From: Veillonellaceae bacterium
GTDB taxonomy: Bacteria > Bacillota > Negativicutes > JAAYSF01
Reading direction: 5' to 3'
Length of the DNA stretch: 64,000 nt
Assembly: GCA_012523975.1 (NCBI GenBank)
Contig: JAAYSF010000017.1
Span: 7,302 to 71,301 of the forward strand
The position numbers were made by a program, and so were the translations under genes. This document shows positions 48,094 through 58,743 of this stretch, piece by piece. Position 1 is the first letter of the stretch. Each line of letters opens with the position of its first letter. Under the pieces are notes generated by a model. The model searched no databases and was not told the origin of the DNA. It saw only the letters and a list, made by a program, of their open reading frames with translations.

Positions 48094-49011
48094 TCAACTA
48101 TGATTTTCTTGACACGCTGCTGCTCCACTTTGGTCAATAGTTAAGGTGATATATCTAGCCTGGATGTCTTTTTGAGCAAAGGCTGCAACCATTGCTACAC
48201 CGATTTTATCAGGATCTTTGTCAGTATACGCCATTATACAGGGTCCAGCACCACTTATTGTCGCTCCATACGCACCGAAATTAAGGGCGGCTTCAAACAC
48301 TTCTTTCGTTCCTGGGATAAGGCTCTGACGATATGGCTGGTGTAATTTATCATCGAGTGCATAGCATAAATGATCAAATTGACCACTGCACAAGGCACCA
48401 ATGAGCATACCGGTTCGACCAACATTAAAGACGGCATCTTTTAAAGGTACCGAAGCTGGCAATACTTGACGGGCTTTATGAGTAGATAATGTAAACTCCG
48501 GCACGGCAACTACCATTAACAATTCTTGATGTGGGACAAAGCGTAAGCAGTGCGGCTTACTATCTCTAGTTACACTTATAGTGATACCTCCGAAAATAGC
48601 GGGAGCAACGTTATCAGGATGACCTTCAAGAGCAGTCGCCATTTCAAAAATCTCCTGTCGGCTCAACAGATTTCCGGTAGCCTCATTGGCAGCGACAAGA
48701 CCACCGACAATGGCAGCAGCACTACTGCCAAGTCCACGTGACAACGGAATATTATTAACCATTTTCAGGTTTATGCCATAATTAAGGCAATTTACCCGCT
48801 CCAGCACAGTGCGTACGGCTTTAACAGCAATATTGCGGTCATCAGTTGGAATAATTTCTTCACCTTCACCAGATACAACGATGTTACAGCATTTGCTATC
48901 TTCACACAACTCAAGGTCAATATAATTGTATATTGTACAGGCAATTCCCACTGAATCAAAGCCAGGACCACAATTGGCGGTAGTTCCTGGAACACTGATA
49001 TGTGCTTTCAT
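48094..49011 (-). CDS. thrB: Homoserine kinase
   Basis: GHMP kinase motif PLSRGLGSSAA; ThrB family. Confidence 0.9.
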   Translation of the reverse strand: MKAHISVPGTTANCGPGFDSVGIACTIYNYIDLELCEDSKCCNIVVSGEGEEIIPTDDRNIAVKAVRTVLERVNCLNYGINLKMVNNIPLSRGLGSSAAAIVGGLVAANEATGNLLSRQEIFEMATALEGHPDNVAPAIFGGITISVTRDSKPHCLRFVPHQELLMVVAVPEFTLSTHKARQVLPASVPLKDAVFNVGRTGMLIGALCSGQFDHLCYALDDKLHQPYRQSLIPGTKEVFEAALNFGAYGATISGAGPCIMAYTDKDPDKIGVAMVAAFAQKDIQARYITLTIDQSGAAACQENHS

Positions 49012-49035
49012 AATAACTTCTCCTCTAATTATGCC

Positions 49036-50322
49036 TTATGATACCACTCTAATAATGTTTTTAACTTCGTTAACTACCGACATACCCTTTATTGTGTCAA
49101 TGGCTAATCTAATATTAGCTTCTGAAACATAGTACGTTATAAGGACGATTTCAGCGCAATTATTTACTTTACGTTTTTGGATGACAGAGTTCAAGCTAAC
49201 TTGCTGAGCGCCAAACGCACCAGCAATCGCTGCCAAGACACCTGGTTTGTCGTCTACTAAAATTCTTATATAGTAAGGTGATTTCGTTTGCTTGATATTG
49301 CATAATTTTTTCTCGTCAAAACAAGTGCAAAGGATGCGTCCATTGACGTTATGCATCATATTGCGGGCAACGTCAATAATATCAGCCGTAATTGCGCTAG
49401 CTGTCGGCATTTGTCCTGCGCCTCGGCCGTAAAACATTGTTTCACCGACTGCGTTACCGCGAACATAGATAGCATTAAATACGTCATTGACTGTTGCTAG
49501 CGGATGATCAGAAGGAATAAACGCTGGATGAACACGGACGTCTATGCCATTTTCATCTTCTCGACCAATCGCTAATAATTTAATCACATAGCCAAGCTCA
49601 GTGGCATATTCAATATCTTGTTTAGAAATCTTAGTAATCCCCTCGACATATACATCGTCGAGCGCCACTCTGGTTCCAAACGCAATTGAAGATAATATCG
49701 CTAACTTGCGAGCTGCATCGAAACCACCGACATCGGCGGTGGGATCAGCCTCAGCATAACCTTTCGCCTGTGCTTCGGCCAGTACATCAGCAAAATCCAT
49801 TTTTTCGTTGGTCATTTTAGTAAGCATATAGTTAGTAGTCCCATTTACGATACCCATTACTTCAGATATTTCATTAGCCGCTAAGCACTGTTTTAAGGGT
49901 CTGATAATCGGAATACCGCCCCCAACGCTGGCTTCAAACATTAGGTCGACATTTGATTCCTCAGCAGCTTCAAATAACTCCTTGCCATACTTAGCGACAA
50001 CGTCTTTATTAGCAGTAACAACATGCTTTCCCGCGCGGAGGGCTCTTAATATATAATCTTTGGTTGGGTTTTCACCGCCCATAACTTCAACTATTATATC
50101 AATCTCCGGGTCGTTTATTATTTGCTCGTAATCTGTAGTAATATTGCCGCTAAATTCAATATCTCTAACCTTTTGAGGATTACGCACTAAAACAGTTTTT
50201 ACATTGAGGGCCGCTCCGATTTTGGGTGCAATCTTATCGCCGTTGGAATTTAAGATCTTCACCACACCTGAGCCTACGGTTCCAAATCCTAATAATGCTA
50301 CATTTATTATTTTATCATCCAT
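49036..50322 (-). CDS. hom: Homoserine dehydrogenase
   Basis: N-terminal NAD-binding domain GFGTVGSG, catalytic domain, and a C-terminal ACT domain. Confidence 0.95.
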   Translation of the reverse strand: MDDKIINVALLGFGTVGSGVVKILNSNGDKIAPKIGAALNVKTVLVRNPQKVRDIEFSGNITTDYEQIINDPEIDIIVEVMGGENPTKDYILRALRAGKHVVTANKDVVAKYGKELFEAAEESNVDLMFEASVGGGIPIIRPLKQCLAANEISEVMGIVNGTTNYMLTKMTNEKMDFADVLAEAQAKGYAEADPTADVGGFDAARKLAILSSIAFGTRVALDDVYVEGITKISKQDIEYATELGYVIKLLAIGREDENGIDVRVHPAFIPSDHPLATVNDVFNAIYVRGNAVGETMFYGRGAGQMPTASAITADIIDVARNMMHNVNGRILCTCFDEKKLCNIKQTKSPYYIRILVDDKPGVLAAIAGAFGAQQVSLNSVIQKRKVNNCAEIVLITYYVSEANIRLAIDTIKGMSVVNEVKNIIRVVS

Positions 50323-50336
50323 ATAAATGCTCCTCT

Positions 50337-50786
50337 CTAAGCTTGGCCTAGGACCTCTAGTCGCTTAACACCATCTACCAATCTCAATTTGTCAAGTAAA
50401 GCCTCTAAATCTATATCAAGTTCAGCCGTTTCTATCGATATTGTTGCATTAGCCACGCCTTGAAGGGGTATGCCTTGATTAATTGTCATAACACTACCGT
50501 TGTCGGCAGCAATAGTATTTAACACACGGGATAATACACCTGATCGATGTTCAAGCAATACCGCCAATGTTACAATTTTTTCACGGCTAGCCTCATAAAA
50601 GGGAAAGACATAATCCTTATATTTGTAATATGCACTACGGCTAAGCTCCATTTTTTCGACAGCCTCGTTAATTGTTGCAACTTCGCCTCTTTTAAGTAAG
50701 TCTTTAACCTTTATCGTCTTCTTAATAGCCTCAGGTAAAATTTCTTCTCTAACTAAATAATATACGCCAGCCTTATTATTAGGCAT
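50337..50786 (-). CDS. ACT-domain protein
   Basis: 149 aa with an ACT fold pattern in the C-terminal half. It lies upstream of hom. Confidence 0.7.
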   Translation of the reverse strand: MPNNKAGVYYLVREEILPEAIKKTIKVKDLLKRGEVATINEAVEKMELSRSAYYKYKDYVFPFYEASREKIVTLAVLLEHRSGVLSRVLNTIAADNGSVMTINQGIPLQGVANATISIETAELDIDLEALLDKLRLVDGVKRLEVLGQA

Positions 50787-50841
50787 ATTTATCTCCTCCT
50801 TTAGTTCTGCATGCGCGGATAATTATCTATTTACAGTAGAC

Positions 50842-50870
50842 ATTATAGCATTCTAACTATCACGAAACAA
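50842..50870 (-). promoter_or_regulatory. Sigma-A-like promoter for the ACT-hom-thrB operon (-35 TTGTTT, 17-nt spacer, -10 TATAAT)
   Basis: The minus strand reads TTGTTTcgtgatagttagaatgcTATAAT. Confidence 0.4.
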
Positions 50871-50890
50871 GTACTATTATAAGTTTTGTA

Positions 50891-50920
50891 AAAAAATAAA
50901 GTCAGTCGCTAGACTGACTT
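50891..50920 (-). terminator. Rho-independent terminator after spoIVA (AAGTCAGTC-tagc-GACTGACTT plus T8)
   Basis: Read from the sequence. Confidence 0.6.
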
Positions 50921-50933
50921 TGGACTATATCTA

Positions 50934-52409
50934 TTAAAATATAATGCAAATTAAGCCACCGCTGCCGTCGTTAACAATTTTTTGCAGCGAATCCCGGAGT
51001 TTTGTTTGGGCGCTTTCTGGCATGCCTGATAATTTATTTTGAATGCCTTCACGTACCAATGCATTTAAGGATTTTCCGAATAGATTAGTGCGCCAAATTT
51101 TTTCCGGCTCGCCTTCAAATTCCCGCATCAGGTATTGAACAAGTTCTTCACTTTGTTTTTCAGTTCCAATAATTGGTGAAATTTCGGCTTGAACATCGGT
51201 TTTAATGATATGTAGCGAAGGAGCCATTGCCCGCAGACGTACTCCAAAACGATTGCCTGTACGGATGATTTCTGGCTCTTCTAGAACCATTTCATCAAGC
51301 TGCGGTGGGACAATTCCATACCCCGTCTGCCGAACCTGCTCAAGCGCAGTTGCCATTTTATCATACTCTCGCTTAGCTATCGAGAGGTCTTGCATCAGCC
51401 TCAGTAGATGATGTTCTCCGGCAATAGTAAAACCGGTTAATTCTTCAAGAACTTGGTAGAACAGATCTTGACGAGCTGTTATTTCAAGGACAGCTAGCCC
51501 GGATCCAAGATCCATGTCATGGAGTATGACATCTGCAACAAACTCATAACCCGACAAGTCATCAATGGCGCGATCAATATCCCGCAAGCGGCGAACATAT
51601 TGAAGTACTTCTTGTACAGCTGTGTCAAATTTCTGTTTGAGCCAATGCTCAGCCTCTAGCTCTTCTACCCATTTAGGCAGCGAAATATTGACTTCTTTTA
51701 CCGGGAATTCATATAAAACTTCTTGTAGTATTGCATAGACATTATCATGACTCAGTTGAGCGCAGTCCACTGGAATTACCGGAACATCATAGGTGCTCTC
51801 TAGCTTCGCTACTAACTCTCTGGTTTCTTTTGCAACTGGTTGATTAGTATTTAAAATTACTAAAAATGGCTTCTGAAGTTCTTTTAATTCGTTTATTACT
51901 CGCTCCTCGGCTGGTAGATAGTTTTCCCTATCGAGGTCAGTTACACTTCCGTCAGTGGTTACTACCATTCCGATTGTCGAGTGCTCGGCTATGACTTTAC
52001 GAGTGCCAATTTCAGCGGCCTCTTGAAATGGGATTTCATGATCGTACCAGGGAGTAAGAACCATCCGCGGGCCTTCTTCTTCATAACCAAGGGCGCCTTC
52101 GACAGTATATCCTACACAGTCGACTACTCTGACCCTGACACTTACATTATCTTTTACATTAATTTCGACAGCTTCATTAGGAATGAACTTAGGCTCGGTA
52201 GTCATGATGGTTCTACCGGCTGCACTTTGCGGCAGTTCATCTTTAGCCCTTTCTTTATCATAAGGATCGCTAATATTAGGTAAAACCATTGTTTCCATAA
52301 ACCGCTTGATAAATGTCGATTTCCCGGTACGTACTGGGCCTACAACTCCGATATAAATATCACCGCCAGTACGTTCGGCAATATCTCTAAATAGATCAAA
52401 TTTTTCCAT
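50934..52409 (-). CDS. spoIVA: Stage IV sporulation protein A (spore coat morphogenetic ATPase)
   Basis: N-terminal Walker A GVVGPVRTGKSTF and full-length SpoIVA similarity. Confidence 0.95.
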   Translation of the reverse strand: MEKFDLFRDIAERTGGDIYIGVVGPVRTGKSTFIKRFMETMVLPNISDPYDKERAKDELPQSAAGRTIMTTEPKFIPNEAVEINVKDNVSVRVRVVDCVGYTVEGALGYEEEGPRMVLTPWYDHEIPFQEAAEIGTRKVIAEHSTIGMVVTTDGSVTDLDRENYLPAEERVINELKELQKPFLVILNTNQPVAKETRELVAKLESTYDVPVIPVDCAQLSHDNVYAILQEVLYEFPVKEVNISLPKWVEELEAEHWLKQKFDTAVQEVLQYVRRLRDIDRAIDDLSGYEFVADVILHDMDLGSGLAVLEITARQDLFYQVLEELTGFTIAGEHHLLRLMQDLSIAKREYDKMATALEQVRQTGYGIVPPQLDEMVLEEPEIIRTGNRFGVRLRAMAPSLHIIKTDVQAEISPIIGTEKQSEELVQYLMREFEGEPEKIWRTNLFGKSLNALVREGIQNKLSGMPESAQTKLRDSLQKIVNDGSGGLICIIF

Positions 52410-52540
52410 CTGTTTCCCTCCCCATAACTCAATTTATGTAGAATGTGAGCACTGCCCACTAAATCCTCGCGCTCATCCCTCCCTTAAGCAAAATAGTTTC
52501 CGGACGAGAAGGAATAAATAATTGTAGCCTATCATCAACT

Positions 52541-52580
52541 TAATATATGTCTAACCATTATAAATATATGACATGCCGCT
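52541..52580 (-). promoter_or_regulatory. Candidate sigma-E-type promoter for spoIVA (-35 ATATATT, 13-nt spacer, -10 CATATATT)
   Basis: The minus strand reads gtcATATATTtataatggttagaCATATATTaag, compared with the sigma-E consensus ATATT-N13/14-CATACA-T. A weak match. Confidence 0.25.
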
Positions 52581-52593
52581 AATATTATTACAA

Positions 52594-52625
52594 TTAAAAA
52601 AGAGTATGGTAACTTCCATACTCTT
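52594..52625 (-). terminator. Rho-independent terminator after gpsA (AAGAGTATGG-taactt-CCATACTCTT plus T6), overlapping the gpsA stop codon
   Basis: Read from the sequence. Confidence 0.6.
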
Positions 52626-53655
52626 AATCCACCCATAGTGTATTTTCAGTGACAACTTCTTCAACTTCATTTGTTTTGCATCGCGTCATCAATTCCAATA
52701 CGGCTTCCATTGTCGGTTTTTGTTCATAAAGTATCGAAAAAAGTTGTTCGGTAATAGGCATTTCAACGTTGTGGTCTTTAGCCAGGTGATATGCCGCCCA
52801 AGTAGCTTTAATCCCTTCTACCACCATATTAGTTTCTGCCTCAATTTGCCCGATGGTTTTTCCTGCAGCCACCAACATACCTGCTCGGCGGTTTCGACTA
52901 TGCTCACTAGTACAAGTAACAATAAGGTCGCCTATACCTGACAACCCAGCAAAAGTAAAGGGTTGACCGCCCAAGGCTATGCCTAACCGAGTAATTTCAG
53001 TAATTCCCCGCGTCATTAAGGCCGCTTTGGTATTGTCACCAAGGCTCAAACCCTCAATAATCCCGGCACCAAGAGCAATAATATTCTTTAAGGCACCGCC
53101 GAGTTCCACTCCAACAATGTCAGGATTGGTATACACTCGAAAATATGGGAGCATAAAGGCATCCTGGACTTTCTCCGCGGCCATCCGAGACTTCGATCCC
53201 ACGACAGTGGCTGTCGGTTGCTGTAGCCCGACTTCCTCGGCATGATTAGGCCCTGAAAGCGCTACGACTTTATCCTCAGCACTAGGTATTTCCTCGATAA
53301 TAACTTCCGACATTCGTTTATAGGTCTGTAACTCAAGTCCCTTTGCTGCAGTTACTATTATGGTATTTTCATCAAGCAGCCTAGATAAGCGCTGTGCTGT
53401 AGTACGAATGGCGTGAGACGGTGTGGCAAGCACTACTATCTCAGCCTTATCAACGGCAGCCGCCAAATCATTTGTACAGTATAGAGTAGGCGAAAGCATG
53501 ACTCCAGGAAGGTATTTCTTGTTCTGCCGTTCGGAGTTTATTTGTTCAGCCAAAGTGATATTGCGTACCCACAAGGCTACTTGCTGGCTTTTAGTAGCTA
53601 ACATGCCCGCCATTGCAGTTCCCCAACTACCGGCACCGATTACGGCTATTTTCAT
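52624..53655 (-). CDS. gpsA: NAD(P)H-dependent glycerol-3-phosphate dehydrogenase
   Basis: N-terminal Rossmann GAGSWGTA; GpsA family. Confidence 0.95.
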   Translation of the reverse strand: MKIAVIGAGSWGTAMAGMLATKSQQVALWVRNITLAEQINSERQNKKYLPGVMLSPTLYCTNDLAAAVDKAEIVVLATPSHAIRTTAQRLSRLLDENTIIVTAAKGLELQTYKRMSEVIIEEIPSAEDKVVALSGPNHAEEVGLQQPTATVVGSKSRMAAEKVQDAFMLPYFRVYTNPDIVGVELGGALKNIIALGAGIIEGLSLGDNTKAALMTRGITEITRLGIALGGQPFTFAGLSGIGDLIVTCTSEHSRNRRAGMLVAAGKTIGQIEAETNMVVEGIKATWAAYHLAKDHNVEMPITEQLFSILYEQKPTMEAVLELMTRCKTNEVEEVVTENTLWVD

Positions 53656-53658
53656 TAG

Positions 53659-54273
53659 CTATTTCTCCTTTTTATCTATCTTTCCTAAATTGCCAGGTTT
53701 GATTTTTAGTTCTTCGCCTTTAAGCAAACGTTCGATATTAGGTCTATGCCTAATTATTACAAAGAGCGCGGCAATCACACCAAATATCAAAAATTCTAAA
53801 ATTTCCCCAAACAGCCACATTGTAACCGGTACAAGCGCAGCAGCAACAATCGACCCTAACGATACATACCGAGTAAAATAAACAATTAGTGCCCAAGCAA
53901 TAAAAACAACCAGCGTAACCTTTGGCGATAGCATCGCAATAACTCCTAGGCCGGTTGCAACACCCCGGCCGCCTTTAAAACCAAGAAAGGCTGACCAGTT
54001 ATGACCTGCAATCGCAGCAATCCCTCCTATCAACAGAGCAAGAGGTGTACCAATTAAATACTGACCAAGATAGACACCGGCAACACCTTTAGCAGCATCT
54101 GTTAGGAATACGGCAACTGCAGGCCAAGGGCCAAGCACCCGAAAAGCATTTGTTGCGCCAATATTTTTACTTCCAAACTGGCGTAGGTCAACTCCACCTA
54201 CAAGCTTGCCAACAAATAATCCGTTCGGGATCGAACCGATTAGATATGATATTAAAAAAAGTAATAAGTACAT
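53659..54273 (-). CDS. plsY: Glycerol-3-phosphate acyltransferase PlsY
   Basis: 204 aa membrane protein with the GSGNIGATN-like motif. Confidence 0.95.
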   Translation of the reverse strand: MYLLLFLISYLIGSIPNGLFVGKLVGGVDLRQFGSKNIGATNAFRVLGPWPAVAVFLTDAAKGVAGVYLGQYLIGTPLALLIGGIAAIAGHNWSAFLGFKGGRGVATGLGVIAMLSPKVTLVVFIAWALIVYFTRYVSLGSIVAAALVPVTMWLFGEILEFLIFGVIAALFVIIRHRPNIERLLKGEELKIKPGNLGKIDKKEK

Positions 54274-54292
54274 CTTTTCTCCTCGCCCTAAG

Positions 54293-55624
54293 CTATTCTT
54301 CTTCCTTGCGGCCTCGTACTACAAGTTTTATCGGTGTGCCTTCAAGACCAAAACTCTCTCTAAGTTTATTCTCTAAATAACGAAGGTAAGAAAAATGCAT
54401 TATTTCCGGATCATTAACAAAAAGAATAAAGGTCGGGGGCTTAACATCCGGCTGGGTAGCAAAATAAATTTTTAAGCGTTTCCCATGACTGGATGGCGGC
54501 GGATTAATGGCTGTCGCGTCCTCAATTACTTGATTCAGAACGCTAGTTTGAACGCGCATCGAATGCTGATCGGCAACGTACTTTACCAAATCTGTTATCC
54601 GGTTAACTCTTTGTTTGGTGAGCGCCGAAGTAAACAGAACCGGAGCATATTGAATAAACGCCATCTCATTACGAATCATATCTGTAAATCTCAAAGCTGT
54701 TTTACTGTCCTTTTCAATAAGATCCCACTTATTAACAACAATAATTGTAGCTTTGCCAGCCTCATGCGCATAACCAACAATTTTTTTATCCTGTTCGGTA
54801 ACCCCTTCTTCGGCGTTTATTACCATAAGAACAACATCTGCCCTGTCAATTGCTCTAAGCGAACGAATAACACTATAACGTTCAACGGGCATGTCAATTT
54901 TAGCTTTGCGCCGCATACCTGCGGTATCAATCAGTAAAAAGTTAGTATTATCTTTAGTAAAATGAGTGTCAATAGCGTCACGGGTAGTGCCCGGAACATC
55001 ACTCACTATTACCCGTTCTTCACCAATTAGTGAATTTACTAATGAAGACTTACCAACATTCGGCCTGCCAATTACGGCGACCTTTATCAAATCGTCATGA
55101 TCTTCAACTGGTGTATAATCGGCAAGGCATTCAATAACACGATCTAGTAAGTCTCCTATATTTAATAGATTGGCTGCCGATATACCGATTGGATCACCAA
55201 GACCCAAATTATAAAACTCATAAATATCATGTTCATTTTTCACGCTGTCAACTTTATTAACAGCCAAAATCACCGGTTTGCGGGTGCTGCGTAAAATGGC
55301 CGCTACTTCCTGGTCAGCCGTGGTCAGGCCTGTTTTGGCATCGACAACAAATACGATAACATCGGCTTCCTCAATGGCTAATTTAGCTTGGTGCCGCATT
55401 AACGTAAGAATTTTATCAGTTGTTTCAAATTCGATACCGCCAGTATCTACCATGGTAAACTCGCGGCCGAGCCATTCTCCATCCATATAGATCCTGTCGC
55501 GCGTTACGCCAGGCATATCTTCAACTATGGAAACCCTTTTCTTGCCGATACGATTGAATAAGGTTGATTTTCCGACATTCGGCCGACCAACTATTGCAAC
55601 AATTGGTTTATTCAATATTATCAC
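54293..55624 (-). CDS. der: Ribosome biogenesis GTPase Der (EngA)
   Basis: Tandem GTPase domains (GRPNVGKS twice) plus a KH-like C-terminus. Confidence 0.95.
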   Translation of the reverse strand: MIILNKPIVAIVGRPNVGKSTLFNRIGKKRVSIVEDMPGVTRDRIYMDGEWLGREFTMVDTGGIEFETTDKILTLMRHQAKLAIEEADVIVFVVDAKTGLTTADQEVAAILRSTRKPVILAVNKVDSVKNEHDIYEFYNLGLGDPIGISAANLLNIGDLLDRVIECLADYTPVEDHDDLIKVAVIGRPNVGKSSLVNSLIGEERVIVSDVPGTTRDAIDTHFTKDNTNFLLIDTAGMRRKAKIDMPVERYSVIRSLRAIDRADVVLMVINAEEGVTEQDKKIVGYAHEAGKATIIVVNKWDLIEKDSKTALRFTDMIRNEMAFIQYAPVLFTSALTKQRVNRITDLVKYVADQHSMRVQTSVLNQVIEDATAINPPPSSHGKRLKIYFATQPDVKPPTFILFVNDPEIMHFSYLRYLENKLRESFGLEGTPIKLVVRGRKEEE

Positions 55625-55639
55625 CTACTATCATTCTCT

Positions 55640-56185
55640 TTAGTATTCTGCCCCGGCCCGGGATTCAGTACCACCGTTATAATAATGCCGAATTTCTTGC
55701 ATTTCGGTTACTAAATCGGCAATATCAATAATTTGCTGGGGGGCATACCTGCCTGTCAAAATTAATTCTGGCTTTTTAGGAAGGGCTTTAAATCTCATAA
55801 GAAAGGCTGATACTTCATTTACGTCAAGCAACTTACAAGCGATAGCTACATTTATTTCATCAAGAATTACTATATCATACTCACCCGAGGTTATTATTGC
55901 TTTTGCCTTCTGCCAGCCTTTTTGAGCTAAATCAACATCAATTTGATCCGGATCAGCAAGGTTTACAAAATCATTTCGACCGACTTGTATCAACGTAAAA
56001 TTCGGGAGATATTTGCTTGCATGAACTTCACCATAGGCATCACTTTCTTTCATAAATTGAATCATACAAACTTTTAAATTATGACCCGTGGCGCGTAATG
56101 CTAAACCTAAGCTAGCAGTAGTTTTTCCTTTGCCATTACCAGTATATACTTGAATTAACCCTAAATTAGTCATGATTACCTCCAA
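55640..56185 (-). CDS. cobO: CobA/CobO/BtuR-type ATP:corrinoid adenosyltransferase
   Basis: GLIQVYTGNGKGKTTA P-loop; CobA family. Confidence 0.85.
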   Translation of the reverse strand: MEVIMTNLGLIQVYTGNGKGKTTASLGLALRATGHNLKVCMIQFMKESDAYGEVHASKYLPNFTLIQVGRNDFVNLADPDQIDVDLAQKGWQKAKAIITSGEYDIVILDEINVAIACKLLDVNEVSAFLMRFKALPKKPELILTGRYAPQQIIDIADLVTEMQEIRHYYNGGTESRAGAEY

Positions 56186-57492
56186 GCTGTTAATAATCGC
56201 ACCAAATCGCTAGCGCTATATGCTACTTTTACAGGAACATCAAGGCCATCAGCGATATACTCAGGATTTTTATCGTCTAAAAAGATGTCCTCGCCTTTAC
56301 GCAGCGCTACACCAGGCAAGATTATACCGGTTCGTTTACCTGGTAACGATTTCAGCTTGTCGAGTATGTCTTGGGCTGTGAGAAGTCCGGTTACTGTAAT
56401 AGCTTCACCAAAAAATTGATTTTGTACCGGTATTAATCTTACATTAAGATTAGCAACTTTCAAATCATCTATCAACGGTCGTAAGACTTTTTCAGCTGAA
56501 ACACCACAAATTACATCAAGATAAGTTGGTTCTTTATATCCATCTTGAATAAAATCAGCCTCTTGCCACTCAGCTAAAAAGCTTCGGACTAAGCCGATAC
56601 CGTTTTCAAGTTGAGGAAAACCGTCATAAAACTCGTATTCCGGAATTGGACAACCAGCCGCTAAGTAAAATTCATCCGAAAGATATACAAATGAATTGCC
56701 ATCTTTCTGACGGCACTGCTGCTGCCACGCACTTACCATATCGATTATTTTTATCGACTCTTCTTGTGTAAAACCTCGCAGCGGATGGCAATTGTCTCGA
56801 AACTTAGTTAGGCCTACCGGCACAATTGCCAGTGACAAAACGCTAGGATGCAAGCTATAGAGATTACTAAAAGTTTTCTCTAGAATCTCGCCATCGTTCT
56901 CACCCGGACAAAGAACAACTTGAGTATGTATCTCAACACCAAATTCCGTTAATGCTTTTAGCTGCCCCATAATATCGCCGGCCCGCTTATTATTTAGCAT
57001 TCGGGCTCGTACTTGACCATCGGTGGCATGTACAGATACGTATAACGGCGATAAATGTAGCCGGCGTATACGATCTATATCTTTCTGAGTCAAATTGGTT
57101 AGCGTTACAAAATTGCCATATAAAAAGGAAAGTCTGTAATCGTCATCTTTGACGTACAGGCTTTGGCGCATGTCGGGAGCCATTTGATCCACAAAGCAAA
57201 AAATACACTTATTAGCACAGCGTCTTACACCATCAAAGACCGCACTCTCAAACTCAATTCCCATATCTTCATCATAATCTTTTTCGATTTCAAATATTTC
57301 TTGTTGACCACTTAACCTTTCAACAAGCAATTCAATATCTTCATCGGCAAAAGCAAAACTCAAATCAATTAAATCGGTAACTGCCTGACCATTCACTGCT
57401 AGGATTTTATCTCCTGGCATTAACCCAAGCTCACTAGCTATACTTTCAGGCGATATATGCGCAATAACGCCGCTAATTGACAAACTTATCAC
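56176..57492 (-). CDS. DUF512 protein (PDZ domain plus radical-SAM-like CX3CX2C domain)
   Basis: N-terminal PDZ and a CANKCIFC motif. I recall this family lying next to der in Clostridia. Confidence 0.7.
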   Translation of the reverse strand: MISLSISGVIAHISPESIASELGLMPGDKILAVNGQAVTDLIDLSFAFADEDIELLVERLSGQQEIFEIEKDYDEDMGIEFESAVFDGVRRCANKCIFCFVDQMAPDMRQSLYVKDDDYRLSFLYGNFVTLTNLTQKDIDRIRRLHLSPLYVSVHATDGQVRARMLNNKRAGDIMGQLKALTEFGVEIHTQVVLCPGENDGEILEKTFSNLYSLHPSVLSLAIVPVGLTKFRDNCHPLRGFTQEESIKIIDMVSAWQQQCRQKDGNSFVYLSDEFYLAAGCPIPEYEFYDGFPQLENGIGLVRSFLAEWQEADFIQDGYKEPTYLDVICGVSAEKVLRPLIDDLKVANLNVRLIPVQNQFFGEAITVTGLLTAQDILDKLKSLPGKRTGIILPGVALRKGEDIFLDDKNPEYIADGLDVPVKVAYSASDLVRLLTAWR

Positions 57493-57532
57493 CTCTTATC
57501 TAGTATTAAATTCTTCTATTTGTTATCTTTTC

Positions 57533-57574
57533 CTGCAAATAAACAAAGAGTGATGAAAAAAAGCATCACTCTTT
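57533..57574 (-). terminator. Rho-independent terminator after spoIIP (CAAAGAGTGATG-cttttttt-CATCACTCTTTG)
   Basis: Read from the sequence. Confidence 0.55.
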
Positions 57575-57585
57575 GTCCGCAAATC

Positions 57586-58743
57586 CTATTTAGAACGCTC
57601 ATCGTCATCTTTACGGCCTTTATTTCTTTTCTTTATAGAACCTAAGAAATTAGTGAATTCAGTTGATGTAAATTGCTTGAATTTTGAGCCGGCTTCCTTA
57701 AGGCTACCCGTGCTAAGCAACAAGAATGCAATTACACCTACAACTAAGAGCCCTAGAATCCAACCTATCGATTTACTTGCACCTGAAGGTCCTGCTGCGG
57801 CTGTACCAAAGCCAGCTTTCCCGCTTTGAGCTTGTTGGCCTGCTGGCGCTGCGCCAATAACTGAGGGAATAACATCAGCAAAAAGAGCAATACCCCGTTC
57901 GGCCGAATCAAGACTGTTAGTATGAGCACCTACCTCTAAGAGCATTGATCTTGGCATTAAATCCTGATTATAGTCTCCGCCCTTAGCAAAGAATATGCCT
58001 TTCACTAAGCCAGGATGTTGTTTATCGGCAGCAGCCTTTATTTTCAAAGCATAATCTTCTATTTGCTTACCAGTTGGTCCATATTTACCAACAACCAACT
58101 GGACTTTACTAACATCTTTACCATTAATCTTAGTTCCATAGACCTGAGGCGGTACGGCATCACGATGGATATCAAAAATTGCGCTAGGTTTCTGCTTGAC
58201 TAAATTCATTGCCGTACGTCGCGACCGTTCATATGCCATATTATCATGGGGGTCATGCTTTGCCTTTGAATGTATAACCTTGATACCTTTAGCCTCAAGT
58301 GATTCAGCAAAGGCAGAGCCAACTTTCATTATACTGCCTGCTCCCAATTTACTTTCCACACCGTCTGTAGGTACGTATGATTCATCAGTGTGTGTATGAT
58401 ATATAGCTACTGTACCTTTTTGTTGGGCATTGGCAATTTTAGGTGCTAGCAAAGCAGCCAACGGGGACTGTCTTGGCTGTTCGTAGAGCGACATATTTAC
58501 GGTACCAATAAATTTAGCGTGCGCTGTATCACCTTCGATTGAAATTACCTCATATCGTTTGTTTTGCTCTGTTAGAAACTGATCACCAATATCAATAGCG
58601 CGGCCTGTCAAATAAACTGCAGTACCCATCTCGTCTACAATTGTATAATAACCGCCGTCATTACGTTCATGCGCATAGCCAGATGTAGTCAACAAGATTA
58701 GGGCAAACAGTGTTGCAAAAAAACAGCATGTTATTCTATTCAC
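57586..58743 (-). CDS. spoIIP: Stage II sporulation protein P
   Basis: SpoIIP amidase/peptidase family (IYHTHTDESY...). The likely GTG start is at 58741-58743 with a GGGAAGGTGAAAAG RBS, giving a signal-anchor N-terminus; the tracked ORF (to 58851) would overlap the upstream gene by 116 nt. Confidence 0.85.
   Translation of the reverse strand: MNRITCCFFATLFALILLTTSGYAHERNDGGYYTIVDEMGTAVYLTGRAIDIGDQFLTEQNKRYEVISIEGDTAHAKFIGTVNMSLYEQPRQSPLAALLAPKIANAQQKGTVAIYHTHTDESYVPTDGVESKLGAGSIMKVGSAFAESLEAKGIKVIHSKAKHDPHDNMAYERSRRTAMNLVKQKPSAIFDIHRDAVPPQVYGTKINGKDVSKVQLVVGKYGPTGKQIEDYALKIKAAADKQHPGLVKGIFFAKGGDYNQDLMPRSMLLEVGAHTNSLDSAERGIALFADVIPSVIGAAPAGQQAQSGKAGFGTAAAGPSGASKSIGWILGLLVVGVIAFLLLSTGSLKEAGSKFKQFTSTEFTNFLGSIKKRNKGRKDDDERSK

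Noticed and set aside
54485-54937. 150-aa plus-strand ORF antisense to der
   Set aside because: Antisense artefact inside a conserved GTPase gene.
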